64,000 nt of DNA from positions 16,255 through 80,254 of the forward strand of contig JAJYHK010000004.1 in the NCBI GenBank assembly GCA_021784815.1, in the 5' to 3' direction. The notes beneath the pieces were generated by a model, which was not told where the DNA came from, ran no database searches, and worked only from the letters and a program-made list of their open reading frames with translations. The position numbers and the translations under genes were made by a program. The number at the start of each line of letters is the position of its first letter. Positions within the stretch are counted from its first letter, which is position 1. This document shows, piece by piece, positions 18,340 to 27,024 of the stretch. The stretch comes from a bacterium (GTDB lineage: Bacteria; Patescibacteriota; Minisyncoccia; Phycocordibacterales; Phycocordibacteraceae).

Positions 18340-18886
18340 CTCCTTCGCCTTGATCGTATCGGTGGTCGAAGATTACTGTTCCGCCAAGCAACGAGCCCTT
18401 TATTGGTCCAGCTAAAATGGAAGGCTCTACAGGACGGGAAACACGAGGAATGAAGCTCTCATTGGTAAGTGTAAAAGCTTAAATCTAGTTCGCTACTCCT
18501 AGGCCTATTTAGAGTGGCGGCTTGTTGCCCTTACTTAGTAGAATACGTTGTGAATACTTACTCAAATCAAAGAAGAGACAAGATGTGCTTTATGGATAGA
18601 TGTGTCTCATTTACCTTATCCCGGAACCTATGCCGAGGCCTCGTCTCAATTTGGGGCTATCGGCTTAAACGGCCTCGCACTGCCTCATTCCACACAGCCC
18701 AGAACAGTTACGGGGCACCAAGCAAGAAGAAATCGAGCCCGTTATTTTAACTTATCCAGGGTCAATGCTAAGAAACTTCTTACATACGCCTTATTTTAGG
18801 CGAAAGAACCAGGTCGATTTGGCGTAATACTTGATGACGGCGCCGATTGTCTGATTTGCAGCCCGTCCGTAATTTCATCTTTTAGT

Positions 18887-19168
18887 ATGGCATCAATCAC
18901 TAATCATTCCTCAGGCGCTCGCGGCATCATTGTCGGCGGCACGATCGTCGCCATGTCGATCGGGCTGATTTTTTTAGTGCCTAAAAGCCCTGTTGGACGG
19001 CCTAAAAAGGCCCCTATAGCGATTCGCACCAACCCAACGACCATTGTCTCGCGCGGCGGGCAAGCCGTATCCCAGAACGCAGTCACGGTCGGTTCGGAAA
19101 CCATCGTTTCTGGAGTCCGCGATGCGCAGGGAGGGGTAACGGCTGATAAAATCATCGTACGTTCTTAG
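18887..19168 (+). CDS. Hypothetical small membrane-anchored protein
   Basis: 93-aa ORF with an N-terminal hydrophobic segment. Follows about 500 bp of AT-rich non-coding DNA. Confidence 0.3.
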   Translation: MASITNHSSGARGIIVGGTIVAMSIGLIFLVPKSPVGRPKKAPIAIRTNPTTIVSRGGQAVSQNAVTVGSETIVSGVRDAQGGVTADKIIVRS

Positions 19169-19232
19169 GGGAAGCGGACTTGTGGATAACCTGCAGTGGT
19201 ATACTGGCCCGTACAGTAACCATCAACGAATC

Positions 19233-19478
19233 ATGGACAAAACCGTTACCATCTACAGCACGCCGACGTGTCATTTCTGCCAGATGACGAAAGATTTTCT
19301 CAAGGAGAAGGGGATCGGCTACACCGACTATGATGTGCAGCATGACCTTGAGAAGCGCCAGGAAATGATTACCAAGTCCGGGCAGATGGGCGTGCCCGTT
19401 ATCTTTATCGGCGATGAGATGATTGTCGGCTTCGACAAGGAGAAGATCGCTTCGACACTCGGTGTATCGGCAAGTTAG
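19233..19478 (+). CDS. Glutaredoxin-like protein (NrdH/YruB-like thioredoxin fold)
   Basis: 'TIYSTPTCHFCQ' CxxC active site; about 80 aa from the internal Met. Confidence 0.7.
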   Translation: MDKTVTIYSTPTCHFCQMTKDFLKEKGIGYTDYDVQHDLEKRQEMITKSGQMGVPVIFIGDEMIVGFDKEKIASTLGVSAS

Positions 19479-19489
19479 TGCCGACCGTT

Positions 19490-19529
19490 AGCACAAGCCG
19501 CGCGGACGCTGATCCGCGCGGCTTGTGCT
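19490..19529 (+). terminator. Hairpin terminator
   Basis: Perfect 16-bp stem 'agcacaagccgcgcgg-acgctgat-ccgcgcggcttgtgct' after the glutaredoxin-like gene. Confidence 0.5.
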
Positions 19530-19540
19530 ATCGTGCTCGT

Positions 19541-19612
19541 ACCCCTCATAGCTCAATGGATAGAGCACTCCCGTCCTAAGGGATTGATGTGGGTTCGATT
19601 CCTGCTGAGGGG
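19541..19612 (+). tRNA. tRNA-Arg (CCU)
   Basis: Acceptor CCCCTCA/TGAGGGG, anticodon loop gtCCTaa, T-loop TTCGATT, CCA encoded. Confidence 0.75.
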
Positions 19613-19696
19613 ACCAGCGCTCGCTTTTCAACATTCCGTTCGGCATCGGAGGGTGCACCCGGTATACTGTACGCATTAACCACGTAACTCTCGCGA

Positions 19697-20143
19697 ATGC
19701 TTACTGATACTATTAACGGCATTAGCCGAATCTTTTACCAGCGTTCGTCCGGGCTCCTGCTCTTGCGCGTTTCGACCGGACTCATTTTCATCCTCCATGG
19801 CTGGATGAAAGTCAACGCGCTTGCGCGGACGGCGGTCATGTTCGGCCACATGGGATTCCCGATGTGGGTCGGCTATTTCATCGCGTGGCTTGAGCTCATT
19901 GGCGGCATCGCGCTCGTGCTCGGCATTCTTACCCGCTTCTTTGGCGTTGTCTTTGGCATCGAGATGCTCGTTGCGACCTTCCTAGTAGGCTTCGGACGTG
20001 GACTCGGGCTTGAGTTCTATCTCGCCATGGTCTCCTTCTCGATTGCTCTTATGGGAAGCGGTGCCTTCTCGGTGTTCCCTATGGAATGCAGGGAGTGCGG
20101 GGGCATGCTCTGCGACGGCGAGGTGTGCGTCTCGGCGGAATAA
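19697..20143 (+). CDS. DoxX-family membrane protein
   Basis: 'LLLRVSTGLIFILHGWMKV' DoxX-like; 4 TM helices. Confidence 0.65.
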   Translation: MLTDTINGISRIFYQRSSGLLLLRVSTGLIFILHGWMKVNALARTAVMFGHMGFPMWVGYFIAWLELIGGIALVLGILTRFFGVVFGIEMLVATFLVGFGRGLGLEFYLAMVSFSIALMGSGAFSVFPMECRECGGMLCDGEVCVSAE

Positions 20144-20221
20144 GCTTCTTCGCTGGCGCCGGCCGCTTCCCATGCGGAGCGGTCGGCGCCGTGGTATATC
20201 TAAGAGACCGAGACGAACTCT

Positions 20222-21736
20222 ATGCGAGAACGATTCATAGGCTTGCTTACCATCTTGTCCAAGCCAGCGGTTGCTATTGGCGGTGCGTTGGCCATCGGGA
20301 CGGGAATTATCGGCTTTGTCTGGTTCTCAACCTCGGTCGCGCCGGTGGGGAATTATGCAACTGTCGCTCGTGGTTCGATCACACAGTCTGTGGCCTTTTC
20401 GGGCATGGTCCAGGCGGCGCGTAGTACTGACCTGTCGTTCCAGGCTGCGGGAACTGTTGCGCAGATTAATGTGCAGGTTGGACAGCACGTGTATGCCGGG
20501 GAGGTGCTCGCGAGCCTTAGTGGTGCGGCAGCAGCAGCGGCGCTCGCGCAGGCCAATGCGAATCTCGCCATACAGCAAGCGAACCTCGCGTCACTCAAGG
20601 CTGGTACCCGTCCCGAGCAGCTCTCGATTGACGAAACCACCCTTGCGCAGGCAAAGACAGCACTTAGCAATGCGATTACCTCGGCGTACGTGACCGCGAG
20701 CGAGGCAGTGTACACCGAAGCGGATCAAGTGTTCCTCAATCCACGCACGAACAATCCGCTGCTGTCCATCCAGGTACCCGATTCAGAACTCGCACTCAAG
20801 CTCGAGACCGAACGCGCAGCGCTCGAGCCAAAGCTTGATCAGTGGCAGACAGAAGGTACGATAATGACCGCGAGCGGGGCAGAGGCGGCCCTTATGGCCG
20901 TCAACAGCTTCCTTGCGAACCTCTCGCAAGCGCTCGCGGAAACGCCGGCGGGCGGTTCAGTGACGACAGCAGAACTCGCGGGGTATGTGGCAGCCGTGAA
21001 TGCCGCGCGCACGAATACGGCAGCCGCGCTCTCAGCTGTGACGAGCGCCGATACTGCTGAAAAGAGCGCTGCGGGCGCGCTCACGCTCGCACAGTCCGGC
21101 GCCACAACCGAACAAATCGCTGCCCAACAGGCGGCTGTCGATGCGGCACAGGCGGCGATAAGCTTGGCGCAGGTTGCCGTTGCCAATACCAAAATCATTG
21201 CGCCGGTTTCAGGCGTCATCACGGTGCAAAATGCCGACCTCGGTCAAACGGTAGTGCCCGGTACGCCCCTCATCTCAATGATTGCCGACGGCGCGTACCA
21301 AGTGAAAGGATACGTTTCGGAAAATGAGGTTGTCACGGTCGCGTCCGGCGACGCCGTGAACGTCACTTTTGACGCCTATCCCGGGGTAACCTTCCCGGCG
21401 ACGGTGACCACGGTCGATCCGGCGGCTACCACGGTTAACGGAGTGCCGTCCTACGGGGTTACGGTGACTTTCTTGGGCAAGGATGAGCGCGTCAAGGCAG
21501 GTCTGACGGCCAACATGCAGATCATTACCGCGACTAAAGCGAATGCACTTACCGTGCCCTCGAGCGCAGTTATCACAAACGGGTCCCGGCAGATGGTGTA
21601 CGTGAAAGACGCGCGCGGGACGGCGACCGAGACGCCGGTAACGACCGGCATCGTGAGCGCGAGTGGCACGACTGAGATTACGAGCGGCCTTTCAGCCGGA
21701 CAGAAAGTGCTAACCTTTGGCTCAAGCGCCCTGTAA
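20222..21736 (+). CDS. HlyD/membrane-fusion-family efflux adaptor protein
   Basis: N-terminal TM, biotinyl-lipoyl-like 'YAGEVLASL', long Ala-rich coiled coil, C-terminal beta-barrel; 504 aa. Confidence 0.7.
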   Translation: MRERFIGLLTILSKPAVAIGGALAIGTGIIGFVWFSTSVAPVGNYATVARGSITQSVAFSGMVQAARSTDLSFQAAGTVAQINVQVGQHVYAGEVLASLSGAAAAAALAQANANLAIQQANLASLKAGTRPEQLSIDETTLAQAKTALSNAITSAYVTASEAVYTEADQVFLNPRTNNPLLSIQVPDSELALKLETERAALEPKLDQWQTEGTIMTASGAEAALMAVNSFLANLSQALAETPAGGSVTTAELAGYVAAVNAARTNTAAALSAVTSADTAEKSAAGALTLAQSGATTEQIAAQQAAVDAAQAAISLAQVAVANTKIIAPVSGVITVQNADLGQTVVPGTPLISMIADGAYQVKGYVSENEVVTVASGDAVNVTFDAYPGVTFPATVTTVDPAATTVNGVPSYGVTVTFLGKDERVKAGLTANMQIITATKANALTVPSSAVITNGSRQMVYVKDARGTATETPVTTGIVSASGTTEITSGLSAGQKVLTFGSSAL

Positions 21737-21748
21737 CACCGAACCGCT

Positions 21749-22411
21749 ATGGAAACCGAAACCGAACATACGACCACATCGGACGCCGCATTCTCACCGG
21801 AGCTCCGCCGCCGGCTCATCCGGTATGGCAGCGCTGCGTTCGTGATCCTTGCCGCGGCCGGCACCTATGCGTACCTACTCTCCTCAAGCCGCGAAATCGC
21901 CATAACTTCTTCGACGATTTCCGCGCCGCTCATTGACCTCTCACCGAGCGTCGGGGGCCGACTCAATGCCCTGTACGTGCATGCCGGCGATCAGGTTCCG
22001 GCAGACACCGCCGTCGCACTCGTCGGCACCGAAGTAGTGCGGACGAAAATCGCCGGACTCATCGTACAGGTTAACGATACCGTGGGCGCCCAAGTCGCGC
22101 CGGGGCAGGCGGTCGCGGAGATGATCGATCCTTCGCAGCTGCGCGTGGTAGGGAAGATCGATGAGAATAAGGGACTTGCGCAGATCCGCGTCGGGGATCC
22201 AGTACGCTTTACCGTCGATGCCTTCGGCAGCAAGATGTTCGACGGCATCGTCGACGAAGTGGCTCCGACGAGCAACCAGTCCGGCATCGTGTTTAACATT
22301 TCGGGGCAGCGCGAGACGCAGCAATTCGACGTAAAGGCGCGTTTCGATGTGAACGCCTATCCCGAGCTTAAGAACGGCATGAGCGCACGCATGTACGTGT
22401 ACCTGCGCTAG
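21749..22411 (+). CDS. Short HlyD-like membrane fusion protein
   Basis: N-terminal TM, lipoyl-like hairpin 'VHAGDQVPADTAVALV', beta-barrel C-terminus. Confidence 0.55.
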   Translation: METETEHTTTSDAAFSPELRRRLIRYGSAAFVILAAAGTYAYLLSSSREIAITSSTISAPLIDLSPSVGGRLNALYVHAGDQVPADTAVALVGTEVVRTKIAGLIVQVNDTVGAQVAPGQAVAEMIDPSQLRVVGKIDENKGLAQIRVGDPVRFTVDAFGSKMFDGIVDEVAPTSNQSGIVFNISGQRETQQFDVKARFDVNAYPELKNGMSARMYVYLR

Positions 22412-22519
22412 GATACGGGCCAATGATCAGACAGACGGCGATACAGACATGTTCGGCAGTCGGATTTGGCCTCCCGGGCCGGAGCGCCGCCGAACAGTTG
22501 TGCGCCGCCGTCCATTACT

Positions 22520-24022
22520 ATGAGTAACGATCGAACCGGGCATCCTTGGCTCGTCCTCCTTACCGTGATGGTGGGGACGCTCCTCATCGGACTCGACCGC
22601 ACGGTCGTAAACCTCGCGGTGCCGAAGATCATCGGTGATTTCGGCATCACGGTAACGACTGCCGCCTGGGTCGCGACGGCGTACATCATCACGAACGCGG
22701 TCTTCGTTCCGGTCTTCGGGAAGCTTGGCGACCTCTTGGGTAATCGTGTCATCTATCTCTGGAGCTTTGTCGGGTTCATCGCCATGTCGGTCTTGAGCGG
22801 GCTCGCATGGAACTTCGGCGCACTCGTATTCTTCCGAGCTCTTCAAGGTCTCGTAGGAGCCGCTGTGTATCCAACTGCGATGTCGCTCATCGCTAAATCA
22901 TTCACCGATACGAAGCAGCGCGCCCAGGCCCTAGGACTCTGGTCGTCTTCCTTTGCGATCTCGGCCGTCATCGGGCCGCTCTTGGGTGGGTACCTCATCG
23001 ATCAGTTTTCCTGGCGCATGGTTTTCTACATCAACTTGCCCATCGGCATTGCCGGGCTCATTATGACGCTCCTCTTCCTGCCGCATGACCGGCCGGAGGA
23101 GCGCGGCCAATTCGACTGGTTTGGCGCGGTGCTCTTGTCGGGCGTCATCTCGACTCTCGTGCTTGTCCTCGATCAGGGACAAACCTGGGGGTGGACTTCG
23201 CAGGCAAGCATCCTCTGTTACGTCATTTCAGCGCTCTTTGGCGTGCTCGTGTACTACTGGGAGACGCGCCACACACGTCCGATCGTCGATTTCCGACTGC
23301 TGAAGAACCCGACGATTGCATCCGTGCTGCTCGTCTCCTTTATCTCTTTCGGCGGTATGATGGGCGCACTTTTCTTATTGCCGGTGTTCGCTCAGTCATT
23401 TTTGGGCTACAACGCGATACAAAGCGGATACCTGTTCCTGCCCATGGGGCTTGCGCTCCCCGTATTTGCGCCGCTCGGCGCTCGGCTCTCGATCCGCTTT
23501 CATCCGCGCTACACGGTTGCGCTCGGCATGCTCGTGGGCGCACTCGGGCTCTACCTGCTTATGAATCTCGATCCGTCCATGTCCATGGGGGATTTCATCC
23601 TGCCGCTCGCGCTTTTTGGCGCCGGCCTCGGGCTCGGTATGGCACCGCTTACGAATGCTGCCACGACGGCCGTGCCGCTCCATGAGGTGGGTATGTCGTC
23701 GGGACTGCTCAACCTGGTGCGTAATGTTGGCGGCGCGTTCGGTATCGCGATATTCGGGACGCTCCTCAACAACACCATCAACCGCAATGTACTCGTCGTA
23801 GCGCAAAACTCGCACGTCAATAGCTACGCGCCCTCGGTCCTTCAGGAAGCGGCGCAGCTTATCATCATGAAAGCGGAGGTGCTCTCGTATGGCGACGTAT
23901 TCCTTTATGGCGCGCTCGCGATGTGCGCGGGCGGCCTCATCGCGCTCTTTTTCTTGAGAGTGAGCGATCAGGTCATCGACCTGTCGCCCGAGATACACGC
24001 CGAAACGATGGCGGGGGGATAG
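22520..24022 (+). CDS. MFS transporter, DHA2 (EmrB/QacA) family
   Basis: 'LDRTVVNLAVPKIIGDFG' and 'FGKLGDLLGNR' motifs; 14 TM; directly follows the two adaptor genes. Confidence 0.8.
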   Translation: MSNDRTGHPWLVLLTVMVGTLLIGLDRTVVNLAVPKIIGDFGITVTTAAWVATAYIITNAVFVPVFGKLGDLLGNRVIYLWSFVGFIAMSVLSGLAWNFGALVFFRALQGLVGAAVYPTAMSLIAKSFTDTKQRAQALGLWSSSFAISAVIGPLLGGYLIDQFSWRMVFYINLPIGIAGLIMTLLFLPHDRPEERGQFDWFGAVLLSGVISTLVLVLDQGQTWGWTSQASILCYVISALFGVLVYYWETRHTRPIVDFRLLKNPTIASVLLVSFISFGGMMGALFLLPVFAQSFLGYNAIQSGYLFLPMGLALPVFAPLGARLSIRFHPRYTVALGMLVGALGLYLLMNLDPSMSMGDFILPLALFGAGLGLGMAPLTNAATTAVPLHEVGMSSGLLNLVRNVGGAFGIAIFGTLLNNTINRNVLVVAQNSHVNSYAPSVLQEAAQLIIMKAEVLSYGDVFLYGALAMCAGGLIALFFLRVSDQVIDLSPEIHAETMAGG

Positions 24023-24064
24023 TGCCGCAGCGCCTCACGGGCGCATGCTACCGTAGGAAGTGTT

Positions 24065-24352
24065 ATGGCTCTCGACCCGGAAATTAAGCAAGAACTCGAT
24101 GCGCTCCATGCGCTCGCGAAGGATAACCACCGCATGCTTCGCGCGATGCGGCGCGATCAGTGGATCGGGTTCGTCGGTAAGGTCGTCATGTGGGTGCTCG
24201 TTCTTGCGCTGCCGATTTATCTGTACCAGCACTACCTCGAGCCGATCTACTCCGCGCTCTCTGCGGGCCATGCGTCGAGCACGCCGGGCTTCTTCGGCCT
24301 CCCGTCTTCCGCAGAGCTTCAGAATTTGCTACACTCGGTCCAAGGCAAATAG
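24065..24352 (+). CDS. Small membrane protein, hypothetical
   Basis: 95-aa ORF with a central TM helix. Confidence 0.35.
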   Translation: MALDPEIKQELDALHALAKDNHRMLRAMRRDQWIGFVGKVVMWVLVLALPIYLYQHYLEPIYSALSAGHASSTPGFFGLPSSAELQNLLHSVQGK

Positions 24353-24367
24353 CCCTTGCTAAACTAC

Positions 24368-24440
24368 GCTTGGATAGCTCAGTTGGTAGAGCACTTCCCT
24401 GAAGAGGAAGGGGTCGTCGGTTCGAGCCCGACTCCAAGCA
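24368..24440 (+). tRNA. tRNA-Phe (GAA)
   Basis: Acceptor GCTTGGA/TCCAAGC, anticodon loop ctGAAga, T-arm TCGGTTCGAGCCCGA, CCA encoded. Confidence 0.8.
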
Positions 24441-24521
24441 CCAAAATAGAACAAAGTGGTTTTGAATCCACTGCGGAATGGGCGCAATGGTTCAAAGCCC
24501 TTTCCGCTAGAGGAGGTATAC

Positions 24522-25661
24522 TTGAATAAAGAATTGCTCATGTTGCATCCTTTTCGCAGAGCGAGTGCTGCGTATCGCGATTTTTTTGCGTGGGTAAACC
24601 GCTACGAGCGACACCTTTCTGCTACGGCGATGATCGCCGGTTTTGCCTGGGATAACGTTTTTCTCGGTCGCATCGACGTGTCGCGTACACAGATCGTACT
24701 TTTGGTCTATATCGGCGTGTGTGCGCTCGCAATGCCGCTTCTGCATTTCATTGAGCTGCGCGGAGAGCGTACGGGACGCCGGCCTCGCTGGCGGGGCGTG
24801 TTGCCTATCATGATCCAATTTGCGCTCGGCGGGTTCTGGAGCGCGTTCCTTATCTTGTACGGGCGAGCGGCGGTCATCTCCGCGTCATGGCCGTTCCTAC
24901 TCGTGCTCTTCGCGATTTTCATCGGGAACGAGTGGCTGCGCAAGTATCACGAGCGGCTCGTGTTCACGAGCATACTTTTTTTCTTCGCTTTGTACGCGTA
25001 TGCGGTGTTTGAACTCCCGATCGTTATTGGTTCAATGGGGACCGTTATATTCCTTGCGAGCGGCACGCTCGCAACTGCCGCATTCGCGCTCTTCCTACTC
25101 CTTCTTTCGCTCATTAATCGTCCGCGTTTCCGAGCGGACGCGCGGCGGATCATTGGCGGAGTGGCAGCGGTGCTCGTGATTATTAATATCAGCTATTTCA
25201 CGAGCGTACTCCCGCCGTTGCCGCTCGCGGCGAAAACGGACGGCATTTACCACTCGGTTTCGCGTACGAGCGCTGGCTACCTTGCAACTTGGGAGACCAA
25301 TGAGCCGTGGGCCGTGCGGTACCTTGGTCTCGCGCAGACCATCCATCTGGTGCCGGGCGAGGCGGTATACGCATACACGGCCGTGTTTGCTCCGACCAAA
25401 CTCTCAACGACCATCGTACACGAGTGGCAGTGGTACGATCCGAAAAAAAGCGCCTGGGTGACTCGAGCGGCCATTTCTTATCCTATCGAGGGCGGACGTG
25501 ACGAAGGTTATCGCGGGTACTCGGCAATCCTCCCGCACGACACGGGGAAATGGCGGGTCAATGTGGAGACCATGGGTGGGCTCCTCATTGCACGTTTGCC
25601 GTTTACCCTCGCGTTTGTCCAGACGCCGCCGCCTGAGACCACGGGACTCCTTGTACATTAG
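24522..25661 (+). CDS. Hypothetical polytopic membrane protein
   Basis: TTG start 5 nt after a GGAGG Shine-Dalgarno; alternative ATG at 24540. About 8 TM helices plus a C-terminal soluble domain. Confidence 0.45.
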   Translation: MNKELLMLHPFRRASAAYRDFFAWVNRYERHLSATAMIAGFAWDNVFLGRIDVSRTQIVLLVYIGVCALAMPLLHFIELRGERTGRRPRWRGVLPIMIQFALGGFWSAFLILYGRAAVISASWPFLLVLFAIFIGNEWLRKYHERLVFTSILFFFALYAYAVFELPIVIGSMGTVIFLASGTLATAAFALFLLLLSLINRPRFRADARRIIGGVAAVLVIINISYFTSVLPPLPLAAKTDGIYHSVSRTSAGYLATWETNEPWAVRYLGLAQTIHLVPGEAVYAYTAVFAPTKLSTTIVHEWQWYDPKKSAWVTRAAISYPIEGGRDEGYRGYSAILPHDTGKWRVNVETMGGLLIARLPFTLAFVQTPPPETTGLLVH

Positions 25662-25668
25662 GGGCGCT

Positions 25669-25724
25669 GCTGCATAAAAACAACCCGCGGCGCCTTAAGG
25701 CGCTGCGGGTTGTTTTTATGCAGC
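25669..25724. terminator. Bidirectional intrinsic terminator
   Basis: Near-perfect 26-bp palindrome 'gctgcataaaaacaacccgcggcgcc-ttaa-ggcgctgcgggttgtttttatgcagc' between convergent genes. Confidence 0.7.
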
Positions 25725-25735
25725 ATTTTCACGCA

Positions 25736-26221
25736 CTAGCCCGCCTTGACGCGAAGCTTGGTCTGACGCGCTTTGTCGAGCTTGGGCAGAACGATGGTGA
25801 GCAAGCCGTCACGGCTTGTTGCCGAAGCACTATCAACATCGATTTCCTGGGGAAGCATGATAGAGCGCGTGAATGAACCCCAGAAGAGTTCGCGTGTAAA
25901 GAAATCGTGGTCCGATACCTGTTCGTGCTCCGCACGGGCGCCACTGATCTCCACCATGTCGCGGCTAATCGATAGGTTGAGTTCGGCCGCGGGCACGCCG
26001 GCAACAAACGCGCGCACGACGATATCGCTCGGCGTCTGGAATACGTCGACGGGGAGCTGGCCTTCGCTGCTTAGGGGAGCATCGTTACTCAGTCGGCGCG
26101 AAACGTGCATCGAATGTTCCGGCTCGCGCAAGTCCTGCGGCGCGACGGAGAGATCGTCATCATCAAATGCATCGAAGTCGTCAGACGAACTGGACCGCCG
26201 GCCAAAAAGGGATCGCTTCAT
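25736..26221 (-). CDS. Hsp20/alpha-crystallin family small heat-shock protein
   Basis: 'FTRSIMLPQEIDVDSASATSRDGLLTIVLPK' ACD core; start at MKRSLF. Confidence 0.7.
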   Translation of the reverse strand: MKRSLFGRRSSSSDDFDAFDDDDLSVAPQDLREPEHSMHVSRRLSNDAPLSSEGQLPVDVFQTPSDIVVRAFVAGVPAAELNLSISRDMVEISGARAEHEQVSDHDFFTRELFWGSFTRSIMLPQEIDVDSASATSRDGLLTIVLPKLDKARQTKLRVKAG

Positions 26222-26253
26222 AAGGTGGGGTTGGTGGGTGAATAAAAGTGTTG

Positions 26254-26952
26254 CTAACACGTGTTGGGCGGGAGATCCCGGTAGCGGAAGTACTTAAGCG
26301 TTTCGAGTGCAGCAAAAACCACAACGACCGCCACCCAGACCAGGAAAAACGCATCGAGTGTCGAAGCGCCGCTGTTTTGCATGATAATCGTGTTGAATGC
26401 GGTATGCAACGCTATGGCGAGGATAAGTCCGGCGATTACGGCAAAGATTCGGCGCAGGGGGTGCGCCGCCCTTGACAGCGCAAGCGCAAAACCCACCACG
26501 GACGACGCTATTACGTGGAGGAGTGTCGCGCCCATGAAGCGCTGGTCGCTGGTGAAGAAGCCGAGCGCCAATCGACCCGCTGAAAGCGGCGCAAAGAGGA
26601 AAAGCATGTTTTCTGCCGCCGCGAACCCAAGCGCCACGGTCATCATGTAAATGACGTAGTCAGGCGGCTCATCGACCGCGCGGCGCCACAGGATGAAGAT
26701 CGCCGCCATGAGGTACTTGAGCATTTCTTCGATGATCGCCCATGCAAGGATGGGAGTACCTCCCAGACGCGCCTGCGCGAGTATTTCAAGCGGTAGCGCG
26801 AGCGGCACGGCAGCCATGCCCGCAATAAAGGCGAGCGCGATAAGGCGCCGCGGCTCCGGGCAGCGGGAGTCTTCTTTCAGAAGGAAGTAGAGCCACACGA
26901 GTGAGGGCGCGAGCCCGCCGAAAAACGCGTAGACAAGGGAAGAAAGGATCAC
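26254..26952 (-). CDS. prsW: PrsW-family intramembrane metalloprotease
   Basis: 'IIEEMLKYL' (EExxK), 'GFAAAENMLF', 'LHTAFN' motifs; 7 TM. Confidence 0.65.
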   Translation of the reverse strand: MILSSLVYAFFGGLAPSLVWLYFLLKEDSRCPEPRRLIALAFIAGMAAVPLALPLEILAQARLGGTPILAWAIIEEMLKYLMAAIFILWRRAVDEPPDYVIYMMTVALGFAAAENMLFLFAPLSAGRLALGFFTSDQRFMGATLLHVIASSVVGFALALSRAAHPLRRIFAVIAGLILAIALHTAFNTIIMQNSGASTLDAFFLVWVAVVVVFAALETLKYFRYRDLPPNTC

Positions 26953-27024
26953 GCACGCATTGTAACAGCCTAGCCGTGCAAAACGCAGTACCGCGCGTGC
27001 GCGGTACTGCGTTGCCTTACCTAG